Assembly (NCBI GenBank): GCA_036277095.1
Contig: DASUNP010000005.1
Span: 411,775 to 475,774, forward strand
DNA length: 64,000 nt
Reading direction: 5' to 3'
DNA from: Blastocatellia bacterium
GTDB lineage: Bacteria > Acidobacteriota > Blastocatellia > UBA7656
Made by a program: the position numbers and the translations under genes. Below the pieces are notes generated by a model, which saw only the letters and a list, made by a program, of their open reading frames with translations, ran no database searches and had not been told where the DNA came from. Of the stretch, positions 37,665-46,401 are shown piece after piece (the first letter of the stretch is position 1; every line of letters begins with the position of its first letter).

Positions 37665-40616
37665 ATGAAGAATCTCCGGTTGTATATCCGCGCTCGCCTG
37701 CGCGCGGGTCTCACCATGCTCGCATTGATTGCGTTGACGATCCCCGCACTGGGACAATCTCAAGCGACCACGGGCGTCATCGAAGGAATAGTCTACGATC
37801 AGAACGGGGCTGTGATCGCGGACGCAAACGTGCGCGTCAAGCAGAAGGAGACGGGGCTTGAGCGGACCAGCCGGACAGATGAGAACGGCAGGTTCCGCGC
37901 GCTGCTGCTCCCGTCCGGCACCTACATTATCGAAGTCGAGAAGCAAGGTTTCGGTCGCCTCGTGCGCGATACCATAGAACTGAGCGTAGGCCAGACGCTG
38001 AACCTCCCGCTCACGCTCCAGCCGGCGGGCGCAAGCGAGGTCGTCACGATCACGGGCGACGCGCCCGTAGTCGAGACTACGCGCTCCGAGCAATCGACGC
38101 TCGTCGACAAGCGCTCGGTCGAAAACCTCCCAATCAACGGGCGGGACTTCGTAGGCTTTATCAAGCTCGCGCCGACAGTCTCGATCGTGCAGGGGCCGGA
38201 CGGGGCTGAGATCACCATCAACGGGCAGAAGGGGATTCAGAACAACATCTCCGTCGACGGAGCGGACGCGAACAACCCGTTTTTCGGCGAGCAGCGCGGC
38301 GGCCAGCGGCCACAGTTCACCATCTCGCTTGAAGCCGTCAAAGAGTTTCAAGTCGTGGCCGACGGCGGCTCGGCTGAGTTCGGCCGGTCATCAGGCGGCT
38401 TTATCAACGTCGTCACCAAATCGGGGACGAACGAATTTCATGGCTCGGCATTCGCCTTCTTCCGCGACGAATCGATCACTTCGGAGAATCCTGACGCGGT
38501 CGACGCGGGATTGCCTACGGACGATTTCCGCCAGTGGCAATTCGGCGGCTCGATTGGCGGCCCGATCAAGCGAGACAATGCCTTCTTCTTTTTCGCCTTC
38601 GACCAGAACGACGGCATAAGCAAGAAGCCCAACCGCATAGACCCGCGCCTGGTCGAGATCTTTGCGACTCGTTTCAACAGCCCCGGCGAAGAAGGGATCA
38701 TCGAGCGCACGAACGACGCGACGGCTCTGCTCGCCAAGCTCGATTGGAATGTCAATGCAAAGAACCTGCTCACGGTCCGTCACAACTACAGCCGGGCCGA
38801 ACAGGTCAACGGCACGTTCGACGTGCCGACCTGGGGCCGCAGCGCGAACGGGCGCGAGACGGACAACTCCAACGCGTTCATCACTCAATTGGTGACGACT
38901 TTTTCGCCGACGCTGCTGAACGAATTTCGATTCCAATATGCTCGTGAAGCCCGCCCGCGCTTTTACGACGGGCCGGACATCGCCGACGTGGCGATAGGCG
39001 GCGTCGATCCTGAGACAGGCGCGGAGACGGCGTTTCGATTCGGGCGGCCATTCTTTCTGCCCGTGCCGGAAGTCGACAAGCGGTGGCAGTTCACCAATAA
39101 CTTCTCCGTCATTCGCGGCTCGCACTCGATCAAGATGGGGTTCGACTACAACCAGACGAATACGAGCCAGACCTTCGTAGGCTTCGGGCGCGGCCGCTAC
39201 ATATTCGCGTCCGTAGAAGCGTTCGAAGCTTATCTCGACGACCCGGCTGATTCCGGCGGGCTGCTTTTGTACTTGCAGTTCGCACCGCTCAACGGGCTTT
39301 CAGTTGAGGAAGCCGGCACGCAGTCGTTCACTCAAAAAGAGCCCGAGTTCTACATTCAAGACAAGTGGCAGCCGAAACCAAATCTCTCGATCAGCTACGG
39401 GCTTCGCTACTACGCGCAGCTTCAAGACCAGCCTATCACGCCTTTGGAACAGCGCCCCTACGCGCAGTTCATAGGCCAGCCGGGATTTCCGTCCGACGGC
39501 ACGATACCGTCTGAGAAGAACGGCTGGCAGCCGCGCTTAGGCATAGCTTGGGACCCGAACAACGACGCGAAGACGGTCTTTCGCGCAAACATAGGCATCT
39601 ACTACGCGCGCGTACCGGGATTGGTGCTCGCCGGGCCGCGCAACACGGATGGCGCGATAGCGTTTAACATATTTACCTGCTGCGCCCTTCCGTTTTTGCC
39701 CACGCCGCCCGCAAACTTGGGGATATTCGAAAACACCGCGAGCTTCGCTCCGTTCAATCCGGGCGTGCGCGTCTTTGCTGAAGACTTCCAGAACCCGCGC
39801 ACCTTGCAGTGGGGCATGTCGGTCGAGCGCGAAGTCGCTAAAGACTTCACGCTCTCTGCCGGATTCAATTATGCGAATACGGTTCACCTCACACGCTTCG
39901 TCAACCGGAACGGGCCGAGCTTCCAGGGCAACTTCGCGCCCGACGGGCGGAGGCTTTTTGACGGCCCGCAGCCGTTTGCCAAACCGGATGGGTCGGGGAT
40001 AGGAGAGCTTGCGACGACCGAGTCCTCGGCGCGCTCGCTTTACCGAGGTTTTGTCTTTACGGCGAACAAGCGCTTCAGCAGTCGCTTCCAGTTCCAGGCC
40101 AACTACGTGTTGAGCTGGGATTACTCGGACGACGACAACGAGCGCGACCCGTTCACGTTCCGTTACGCGGACGTGTTGGACTTCGGCCCCGAGTACTCTT
40201 ATTCGGACCGCGACCAGCGCCACCGCTTCAACGCGTTCGGCGTTTTCCAGTTGCCCGCAGAGATTTCGCTGACGACTATCTTCCAGGCGCGCTCGGCTCA
40301 GCCCGACCAGATACTGCTGGCCGACTTGAACCTGGACGGCATCTTCAACGACCGCCAGTTCGTCAACGGCCAGGACGTCGGTCGCAACACGCTCAGGAAG
40401 AACAACCAGTTTTACTCTTTCGACTTCCGCGTGAGCCGCATATTCAAGGCTGGCGAGAATATTCAGGTTGAGCCATTGATAGAAGTCTTCAACCTGTTCA
40501 ACAACACGAACCAGATTTCGCCCCCGCGACCTCTCCTGCAGAACTTCGACGGCACGGTCCGTTCTGGCTTCGGCGAGCCGCGCCAGGCCCAGCTCGGATT
40601 GAAATTCCGTTTCTAA
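37665..40616 (+). CDS. TonB-dependent receptor with N-terminal carboxypeptidase-regulatory-like domain
   Basis: Signal peptide. CarboxypepD_reg fold region (TGVIEGIVYDQNGAVIADANVRV...NGRFR...LPSGTYII). Plug and beta-barrel, ending in a C-terminal aromatic residue (...LKFRF). Confidence 0.8.
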   Translation: MKNLRLYIRARLRAGLTMLALIALTIPALGQSQATTGVIEGIVYDQNGAVIADANVRVKQKETGLERTSRTDENGRFRALLLPSGTYIIEVEKQGFGRLVRDTIELSVGQTLNLPLTLQPAGASEVVTITGDAPVVETTRSEQSTLVDKRSVENLPINGRDFVGFIKLAPTVSIVQGPDGAEITINGQKGIQNNISVDGADANNPFFGEQRGGQRPQFTISLEAVKEFQVVADGGSAEFGRSSGGFINVVTKSGTNEFHGSAFAFFRDESITSENPDAVDAGLPTDDFRQWQFGGSIGGPIKRDNAFFFFAFDQNDGISKKPNRIDPRLVEIFATRFNSPGEEGIIERTNDATALLAKLDWNVNAKNLLTVRHNYSRAEQVNGTFDVPTWGRSANGRETDNSNAFITQLVTTFSPTLLNEFRFQYAREARPRFYDGPDIADVAIGGVDPETGAETAFRFGRPFFLPVPEVDKRWQFTNNFSVIRGSHSIKMGFDYNQTNTSQTFVGFGRGRYIFASVEAFEAYLDDPADSGGLLLYLQFAPLNGLSVEEAGTQSFTQKEPEFYIQDKWQPKPNLSISYGLRYYAQLQDQPITPLEQRPYAQFIGQPGFPSDGTIPSEKNGWQPRLGIAWDPNNDAKTVFRANIGIYYARVPGLVLAGPRNTDGAIAFNIFTCCALPFLPTPPANLGIFENTASFAPFNPGVRVFAEDFQNPRTLQWGMSVEREVAKDFTLSAGFNYANTVHLTRFVNRNGPSFQGNFAPDGRRLFDGPQPFAKPDGSGIGELATTESSARSLYRGFVFTANKRFSSRFQFQANYVLSWDYSDDDNERDPFTFRYADVLDFGPEYSYSDRDQRHRFNAFGVFQLPAEISLTTIFQARSAQPDQILLADLNLDGIFNDRQFVNGQDVGRNTLRKNNQFYSFDFRVSRIFKAGENIQVEPLIEVFNLFNNTNQISPPRPLLQNFDGTVRSGFGEPRQAQLGLKFRF

Positions 40617-40626
40617 TCCCTCATTT

Positions 40627-40654
40627 GCTATGGGCGGCCCGCGCCGCCCATAGC
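40627..40654 (+). terminator. 12-bp-stem GC hairpin after the TonB receptor gene (no U-run)
   Basis: gctatgggcggc-ccgc-gccgcccatagc. Confidence 0.4.
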
Positions 40655-40820
40655 GCCGCAAGACCGAAGCGCCGTCAGACGCCGCGCGCACTCCGCGTCA
40701 AATAGACACGAATTCAATTTAGCGAAGGATTAGAATAAGTATGGAACTTGAGCAAGTCTGCTGATATTATCTCGCACGATTATTTGGCTCACACGTAGAT
40801 AACACAGGAATCAAAAGCCG

Positions 40821-41504
40821 GTGATTACCGCCCTTCTAATTACAGTAATCTTTATCGCAGGTTCTGTCTTAGCTTTATACTTCTGGCAGCGAGCCCCGCG
40901 ACAAGGCCGAAGCGATAGAGCACTGCCGCCCCCTCCCGAACACCGTGGCTTATTCGACGCACAACCGGATGAAACCGAGCCCGGCCTTTCGTCTAAAGAA
41001 GAGGCCGACTTAAAACGCGCGCGGCTGATTGAGCGCGCGGCCCGGCGTGATCTCGCCGCGCTCGACGACGCAGGCGGCGATCGCAATCTTTATAACGAAA
41101 TCTTGGATGAATTTGTGCGGCGAGCCGAAACAAGTCATGAAGAGTTACGCGCGCTCGTCACGCACATCTCGGAAAGCAAACAGCTACGCTCAAACGCCCG
41201 TTTGGCGCGGGCGTTGATTGAGCAATTGAAGCACCCGGCCGACCGCCGCGCTATCGCAGATGCGCTGCACGTCTCTGCTTTATCGGATGACGCGGCCGTC
41301 TACGAGCAGGCGGTCGAAAAGTCTGTTGAGATTTGGCAAGCCGGGGAAGCGACAGAGTTAAAGTCAGAAGATCTGCTCGCGCTGATTGAGAGCCAGTACT
41401 GGGTGCTGGCTCCGGAGGCAAGGCGCTCCGGCGCGGGCTTTGCGCTCAGACAGGCTCTTGAACGTTGCCGGCGCCAACTGGCCGGGCGTGCGCGAGCGCT
41501 GTAA
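40821..41504 (+). CDS. Hypothetical membrane-anchored helical protein (one N-terminal TM), upstream of the SPFH gene
   Basis: MITALLITVIFIAGSVLALYFW, then Ala/Arg/Glu-rich helical sequence. No recognised motif. Confidence 0.45.
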   Translation: MITALLITVIFIAGSVLALYFWQRAPRQGRSDRALPPPPEHRGLFDAQPDETEPGLSSKEEADLKRARLIERAARRDLAALDDAGGDRNLYNEILDEFVRRAETSHEELRALVTHISESKQLRSNARLARALIEQLKHPADRRAIADALHVSALSDDAAVYEQAVEKSVEIWQAGEATELKSEDLLALIESQYWVLAPEARRSGAGFALRQALERCRRQLAGRARAL

Positions 41505-41537
41505 CGCGCCTTACAACAAGGAGAATCGAGGATCACC

Positions 41538-43748
41538 ATGATCGAAAAAGATATTATCGCGTTAGCTCCGTACTTGATCGCCGGCTTCATCGGGCTGGTG
41601 ATGCTGATCATTATCTACAAAATCTTCAGCGTCAACGTAGGCCCGACAGAGATCGCAATCAAGGAGCGGCGCTACTTAGGCGCAAAGATGCCGCCGGGCC
41701 GCGTGGTCGCGACCGAAGGCGAGGTCGGCATACAGGCCGACGTGCTCAAGCCCGGCCTCCACATGATCAAGTGGCCGACCGAGCGCGTAGTCCGCAAAGT
41801 GCCTCTGATCGAGATAGGGCCCGACGAGATTGGCATCATCGAAGCCATAGACGGCGAGCCTATGCCTGCGGGAAGGATATTCGCGCCCGACCGCGCTCAA
41901 AACGCGCACAACAATTTCCAGGACCCCATTGCGTTCATCAAGCAGGGCGGCGTTAAGGGCATTCAGCTCCGCACGCTCCCGCCGGGGCTGTGGCCGATTC
42001 ACCCTTACCTGTTCCGCGTCTCTGTAGCAAAGATGACGATCGTCCCGCCTGGCAGAGTAGGCATAGTTACAGCGGCGGACGGCGGGCCGTTGGACGCGGG
42101 CCGCCTTCACGGCAAGGCCATCGACGGTCACCGGAACTTTCAAGACGCGGAGCAGTTCATCGCCTCCGGCGGGCAGAAAGGGCCGCAGGTCGAAATCCTC
42201 ACGCCCGGGACCTATCGCATACTGACGGACTCGGCCCCGATCGAGGGCGGCGCCGAGCGCAAGCCGGGCCTGTTTTTTGTCCGGCTCTACGACGCGACGA
42301 TAATCAACGAGAATAACATCGGGCTGGTCGAAGCTTTAGACGGCGCTCCGCTCGACCCGCGCGATTACGTCGCCGTGCCAATCGAAGGCCACGACAATTT
42401 TCAGGACTGCAACGAGTTCATTCGTCACGGCGGTCAGCGCGGGCCGCAGAAAGACATACTGCTGCCCGGCACATACTACATCAACCCGCTCGTCTTCAAA
42501 GTGATCCCTGAGACCGCAAAGGAGATCAAACCGGGCGAGGTTGCGGTGATCGTGTCAAACGTCGGCAAAGACCCTTCAGAAGAGATACGCCGCGCGATGG
42601 CTGACAAAGTTCGCGAGCGACTTGAGCGCGAAGAGAAGGAGCAGGTCGCAATGTCTGTGGCGCGATTAGACAAGCTCGATACCGAAGATCGCAGCGTCGC
42701 CGAGATTCAAGAAGAGTTGACCCTGGTTGACCCGGCGGACTCGCGGCTGGATGAAGGCGCGCACGAAGCTTACGTTGTGCCCGACGGTTTTCGAGGCATT
42801 CAAGAAACGGTCGTAGGGCCGGGCCGTTACTACGTGAACACCCTGGCCGTAAGCCCGATCGTCATCCCGACTACCAACCAGACGGTCGAGTGGACAGCGG
42901 GCGAGATCGCAAACACGTTCAACCCGTTCGAGGTTATATCGAAAGACGGCTTCACGATGCAGCTCGAAGTCCGCGTGGTCTTCCGCGTCAAGCCCGAAGA
43001 CGCGCCCTTCATGGTCGCGAAGATCGGCTCGATCGATCGGTTGATTCAAAACGTGATGCACCCGCTGATCGATTCCATATTCCGCAACCAGGCGTCGGAA
43101 TCCTCCGCGATGGCTTACTTGCAGAACCGCCACGAAGAGCAGGAACGGGCCGAAGCGCGCGTGCGCGCTCACCTGCTCAAGTATCACGTGGATGTTGTGA
43201 ACGTCTTGATCTGCCACATACACCTGCCCGAAGAGCTGATGAAGACGCAGACGGAAAAGATACTCGCCGAGCAGCGGCAGAACATGTTTAACGCGCAGCG
43301 CGAGGCCGAAGAGAAGCGCATTCAACTCGAAAAGACTCGCGCGCACGCCGACAACCAGAGAGACTTGATGGCGGCAACCGTCGGCGTCGAGATCTCTACC
43401 AAGCGCGCCGAGCAGCGCAAGGCCGAGGGCGAGGGCGAAGCCCATTACATCTCTGCGACGGGCCGCGCCGAGGCCGAAAAAGTTCGCCTGATGGGCGAAG
43501 CGCAGGGCGTGGCTTACGCAGAGCAGGTCAACGCGCTCGGCCCGCAAGGCGTGGCCTTAGTCGAGATACTGAAAGTGATCGGCGAGAAACAAGTTCGCAT
43601 CACGCCTGACGTGATGGCTACGGGCGGCACGGGCGACGGGGCCGGAGGTTTGGGCACGCTGCTCCTGCTGAATCTGTTTCGCGAACGCCTTGGCACAGGT
43701 GCTCAAGCGACTCCGGAGAACGGCTCGCCCGTCCCTGCCAAAAGGTAA
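41538..43748 (+). CDS. SPFH/band-7 (flotillin-like) membrane protein with triplicated ~95-aa insert
   Basis: N-terminal TM. SPFH start (PGLHMIKWP) and SPFH C-terminal part plus flotillin-type EA-rich coiled coil. Between them are three repeats of ...DGxPLxxGR...GHxNFQDxxxFIxxGGxxGPQxxILxPGTYxI(N)P. Confidence 0.65.
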   Translation: MIEKDIIALAPYLIAGFIGLVMLIIIYKIFSVNVGPTEIAIKERRYLGAKMPPGRVVATEGEVGIQADVLKPGLHMIKWPTERVVRKVPLIEIGPDEIGIIEAIDGEPMPAGRIFAPDRAQNAHNNFQDPIAFIKQGGVKGIQLRTLPPGLWPIHPYLFRVSVAKMTIVPPGRVGIVTAADGGPLDAGRLHGKAIDGHRNFQDAEQFIASGGQKGPQVEILTPGTYRILTDSAPIEGGAERKPGLFFVRLYDATIINENNIGLVEALDGAPLDPRDYVAVPIEGHDNFQDCNEFIRHGGQRGPQKDILLPGTYYINPLVFKVIPETAKEIKPGEVAVIVSNVGKDPSEEIRRAMADKVRERLEREEKEQVAMSVARLDKLDTEDRSVAEIQEELTLVDPADSRLDEGAHEAYVVPDGFRGIQETVVGPGRYYVNTLAVSPIVIPTTNQTVEWTAGEIANTFNPFEVISKDGFTMQLEVRVVFRVKPEDAPFMVAKIGSIDRLIQNVMHPLIDSIFRNQASESSAMAYLQNRHEEQERAEARVRAHLLKYHVDVVNVLICHIHLPEELMKTQTEKILAEQRQNMFNAQREAEEKRIQLEKTRAHADNQRDLMAATVGVEISTKRAEQRKAEGEGEAHYISATGRAEAEKVRLMGEAQGVAYAEQVNALGPQGVALVEILKVIGEKQVRITPDVMATGGTGDGAGGLGTLLLLNLFRERLGTGAQATPENGSPVPAKR

Positions 43749-43754
43749 TCAATA

Positions 43755-43850
43755 GTCCTGAGTGCTGAGTCCTGAGTGCTGAGTAAAAACCCTTATCGGG
43801 GCGCTGTCCTTTTTCTTTCACTCAGCACTCAGGACTCAGCACTCAGGACT
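43755..43850. repeat. CTGAGTG-family heptamer palindrome (copy 4)
   Basis: gtcctgagtgctgagtcctgagtgctgagt - A-run...T-run loop - cactcagcactcaggactcagcactcaggact. Lies 7 nt after the SPFH stop. Confidence 0.75.
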
Positions 43851-43899
43851 TCTTCTCGCCTTGTCGGTCAAAACATCCTGCCCTAGAATACCCTGCACA

Positions 43900-44523
43900 A
43901 TGATAATCAATCTTATTCGATCAATTTCAAAAATGGGTCTGGTCGCGTTGGCCCTGATGTTCGTCTGGGCCTGCCCGCCGCCGCCTAACCTGAATTCGAA
44001 TCAGTCGAACGCAAATCAGCCAGGCGCTTCCGCGCCCAGACAGGCGTCTGCTTCAGGCGATGTTAAATTCCAGCCGCCCGCCGCCTGGGTCTCTGAGCCG
44101 TCGTCATCGAGCATGCGCGTTGCGCAGTACCGCCTGCCGCGAGCAGCGGGCGACGGGGAAGACGCATCGCTAATAGTCTATTACTTCGGGCAGGGGCAGG
44201 GCGGCTCGGCGCAGGCGAACCTCGATCGCTGGATAGGCCAGATGGAACAACCCGGCGGCGGCTCTTCGAAAGAGAAGGCCAAGACCGAAAAGATGACCGT
44301 CAACGGGCTCGACGTAACGCTGCTCGATGTCACGGGGACTTACACGGCGGAGATGACTCCGGGCTCGGGCAACCAGCAGAACAAGCCCGGCTCTCGCATG
44401 CGCGCGGCCATGATCGACACGCCGAAGGGCGCGTACTTCGTCAAGCTCGTCGGGCCTGAAAAGACAATCGCCCGCTGGGACGGCGAATACATGTCTTTCA
44501 TAAGATCGTTCGAGTTCAAATGA
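43900..44523 (+). CDS. Hypothetical lipoprotein/secreted protein
   Basis: Hydrophobic leader ending ...LALMFVWAC (possible lipobox Cys). Gly/Ser/Gln-rich. No recognised family. Start is uncertain (43861, 43900 or 43933). Confidence 0.45.
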   Translation: MIINLIRSISKMGLVALALMFVWACPPPPNLNSNQSNANQPGASAPRQASASGDVKFQPPAAWVSEPSSSSMRVAQYRLPRAAGDGEDASLIVYYFGQGQGGSAQANLDRWIGQMEQPGGGSSKEKAKTEKMTVNGLDVTLLDVTGTYTAEMTPGSGNQQNKPGSRMRAAMIDTPKGAYFVKLVGPEKTIARWDGEYMSFIRSFEFK

Positions 44524-44536
44524 CCGGCTAAGGAAG

Positions 44537-44977
44537 ATGATAGAGATTGCGCTCAAGCTATTAGACGAGGGGCTTGCGCTCCCGCGTTACCAGCACGAGG
44601 GCGACGCCGGGTTTGATCTCACGAGCCGCATAGACTTTTGTATAGAGCCGGGCGAGCGCGCGACTGTGCCAACAGGGATAGCCGCGCAGATACCGCGCGG
44701 GTACGCCGGGCTGGTCCTGCCCAGAAGCGGGCTGGCGGCCCGTCACGGAATTGCGCTCGTCAATTCGCCGGGCTTGATCGACTCGGGCTATCGCGGCGAG
44801 ATCGCCGTCGTGCTTATAAACACCGATAAGCGGAACCGGTTCGAAATCAAGCGCGGCGACCGCATCGCTCAGCTCGTAATTCAAAAGATCGAAGAGGCGG
44901 TCATACGCCAGGTGGCGGAACTTGACGAGACTTCGCGCGGCGCGGGCGGCTTCGGAAGCACGGGCACAAAAACATGA
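44537..44977 (+). CDS. dut: dUTP diphosphatase
   Basis: Five dUTPase motifs including AGFDL, RSGLA, GLIDSGYRGE and C-terminal RGAGGFGSTG. Confidence 0.9.
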   Translation: MIEIALKLLDEGLALPRYQHEGDAGFDLTSRIDFCIEPGERATVPTGIAAQIPRGYAGLVLPRSGLAARHGIALVNSPGLIDSGYRGEIAVVLINTDKRNRFEIKRGDRIAQLVIQKIEEAVIRQVAELDETSRGAGGFGSTGTKT

Positions 44978-46395
44978 CCAAACCAAAAAACATGATTAAG
45001 CCGATATTGCTTTTGCCGGTAATGTTGCTCACGGTCTTTGCCGCTTCCGCATTTGCGGCGACGCCCACGATGAGGCTCGACTACTACCACACGGGCAACG
45101 CGACCGAAGAGATGTTCAGCCTCGACCGCGTAGTCATAGAGCCGCTCCCGTGGCCGGGAAACCTGCGCAATGGCGTCGACGCGACCAACCTCGGAAAGTA
45201 CATCTTCGAAATCATCGACCCACAGACGAGCAGCATAATTTATTCGCGCGGCTTCGCATCGATCTACGGCGAGTGGGAGACGACCGACGAGGCGAAGAGC
45301 ATGAACCGCACTTTTCATGAATCGCTCCGCTTCCCCGCGCCCGAACGAATTGTGAAGGTCGTTCTGAAAAAGCGCGACGCGAAGAACGCTTTTCGAGAGA
45401 TATGGACCGTCAATGTTGACCCGAAAGATATTTTTATCGATAACTCAAAGCCCGCGTCTCCGGGTCCGTTGATTGAGATTCAGAAAAGCGGCGACCCTGC
45501 GTCGAAAGTAGATTTCCTGATCTTAGGCGACGGGTACACCCCACGAGAGCGCCAGAAGTTTGAGCGTGACGCGCGCCGCTTGACTGAGATACTCTTTCGG
45601 ACATCGCCTTTCAAAGAGCGCCGCGCCGACTTCAACGTGTGGGGGCTTTGCCCAGCGTCGGCTGAGTCGGGCATCTCTCGGCCCTCGACGGGCGTCTATC
45701 GCCGGTCGCCAATCGGGGCGACTTACGACGCGTTCGGCTCGGAGCGTTACGTACTGACGTTCGACAACCGCGCGTTTCGCGACGTGGCCTCGTTCGCTCC
45801 TTACGAATTCGTAGAGATATTAGTAAACAATCAGACCTACGGCGGCGGAGGAATATTCGGGCTCTACGCGACGGTGGCGGCAGACAGTTTGTGGGCGCCT
45901 TACGTCTTCATACACGAATTCGGCCACCACTTCGCGGGGCTTGCCGACGAGTATTACACGTCAAGCGTGGCTTACGCCGCTCAGACCGAGCGCGTAGAGC
46001 CGTGGGAGGCAAACGCGACGGCTCTGCTCGATCCTAATAATCTGAAGTGGAAAGACCTCGTAGCGCCCGGCACGCCAATACCTACGCCCTGGAATAAAGA
46101 GGCTTTCGAGACTTATTCGCGCGAGATTCAAAAGCGCCGCCGCGAGATAAGAGCGGCCCGGCGACCCGAGCGCGACATGGACGCGCTGTTTACGGAAGAG
46201 AAAGAGCACGAGAGCCGAATGCTCGCTGCCGATAAATATGCGGGGAAGGTCGGCGCGTTTGAAGGGGCGATCTACGAGGCGCGGGGATACTTTCGCCCGC
46301 AGGTAGATTGCATAATGTTCACGCGCAACGACGTGCCTTTTTGCGCCGTCTGTCGCCGCACGATAGAGCGCGTCATCGATCTCTACACGCGCTGA
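44974..46395 (+). CDS. M64 family (IgA-peptidase-like) zinc metallopeptidase, secreted
   Basis: Signal peptide and HEFGHHFAGLADEY zinc motif. Start overlaps the dut stop (ATGA). Confidence 0.75.
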   Translation: MTKPKNMIKPILLLPVMLLTVFAASAFAATPTMRLDYYHTGNATEEMFSLDRVVIEPLPWPGNLRNGVDATNLGKYIFEIIDPQTSSIIYSRGFASIYGEWETTDEAKSMNRTFHESLRFPAPERIVKVVLKKRDAKNAFREIWTVNVDPKDIFIDNSKPASPGPLIEIQKSGDPASKVDFLILGDGYTPRERQKFERDARRLTEILFRTSPFKERRADFNVWGLCPASAESGISRPSTGVYRRSPIGATYDAFGSERYVLTFDNRAFRDVASFAPYEFVEILVNNQTYGGGGIFGLYATVAADSLWAPYVFIHEFGHHFAGLADEYYTSSVAYAAQTERVEPWEANATALLDPNNLKWKDLVAPGTPIPTPWNKEAFETYSREIQKRRREIRAARRPERDMDALFTEEKEHESRMLAADKYAGKVGAFEGAIYEARGYFRPQVDCIMFTRNDVPFCAVCRRTIERVIDLYTR

Positions 46396-46401
46396 CAAAA
46401 G

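Noticed and set aside
37584-38351. 255-aa minus-strand ORF overlapping the TonB receptor start, and the 384-aa ORF at 39537..40691
   Set aside because: Both are embedded antisense in the well-supported TonB-dependent receptor gene.
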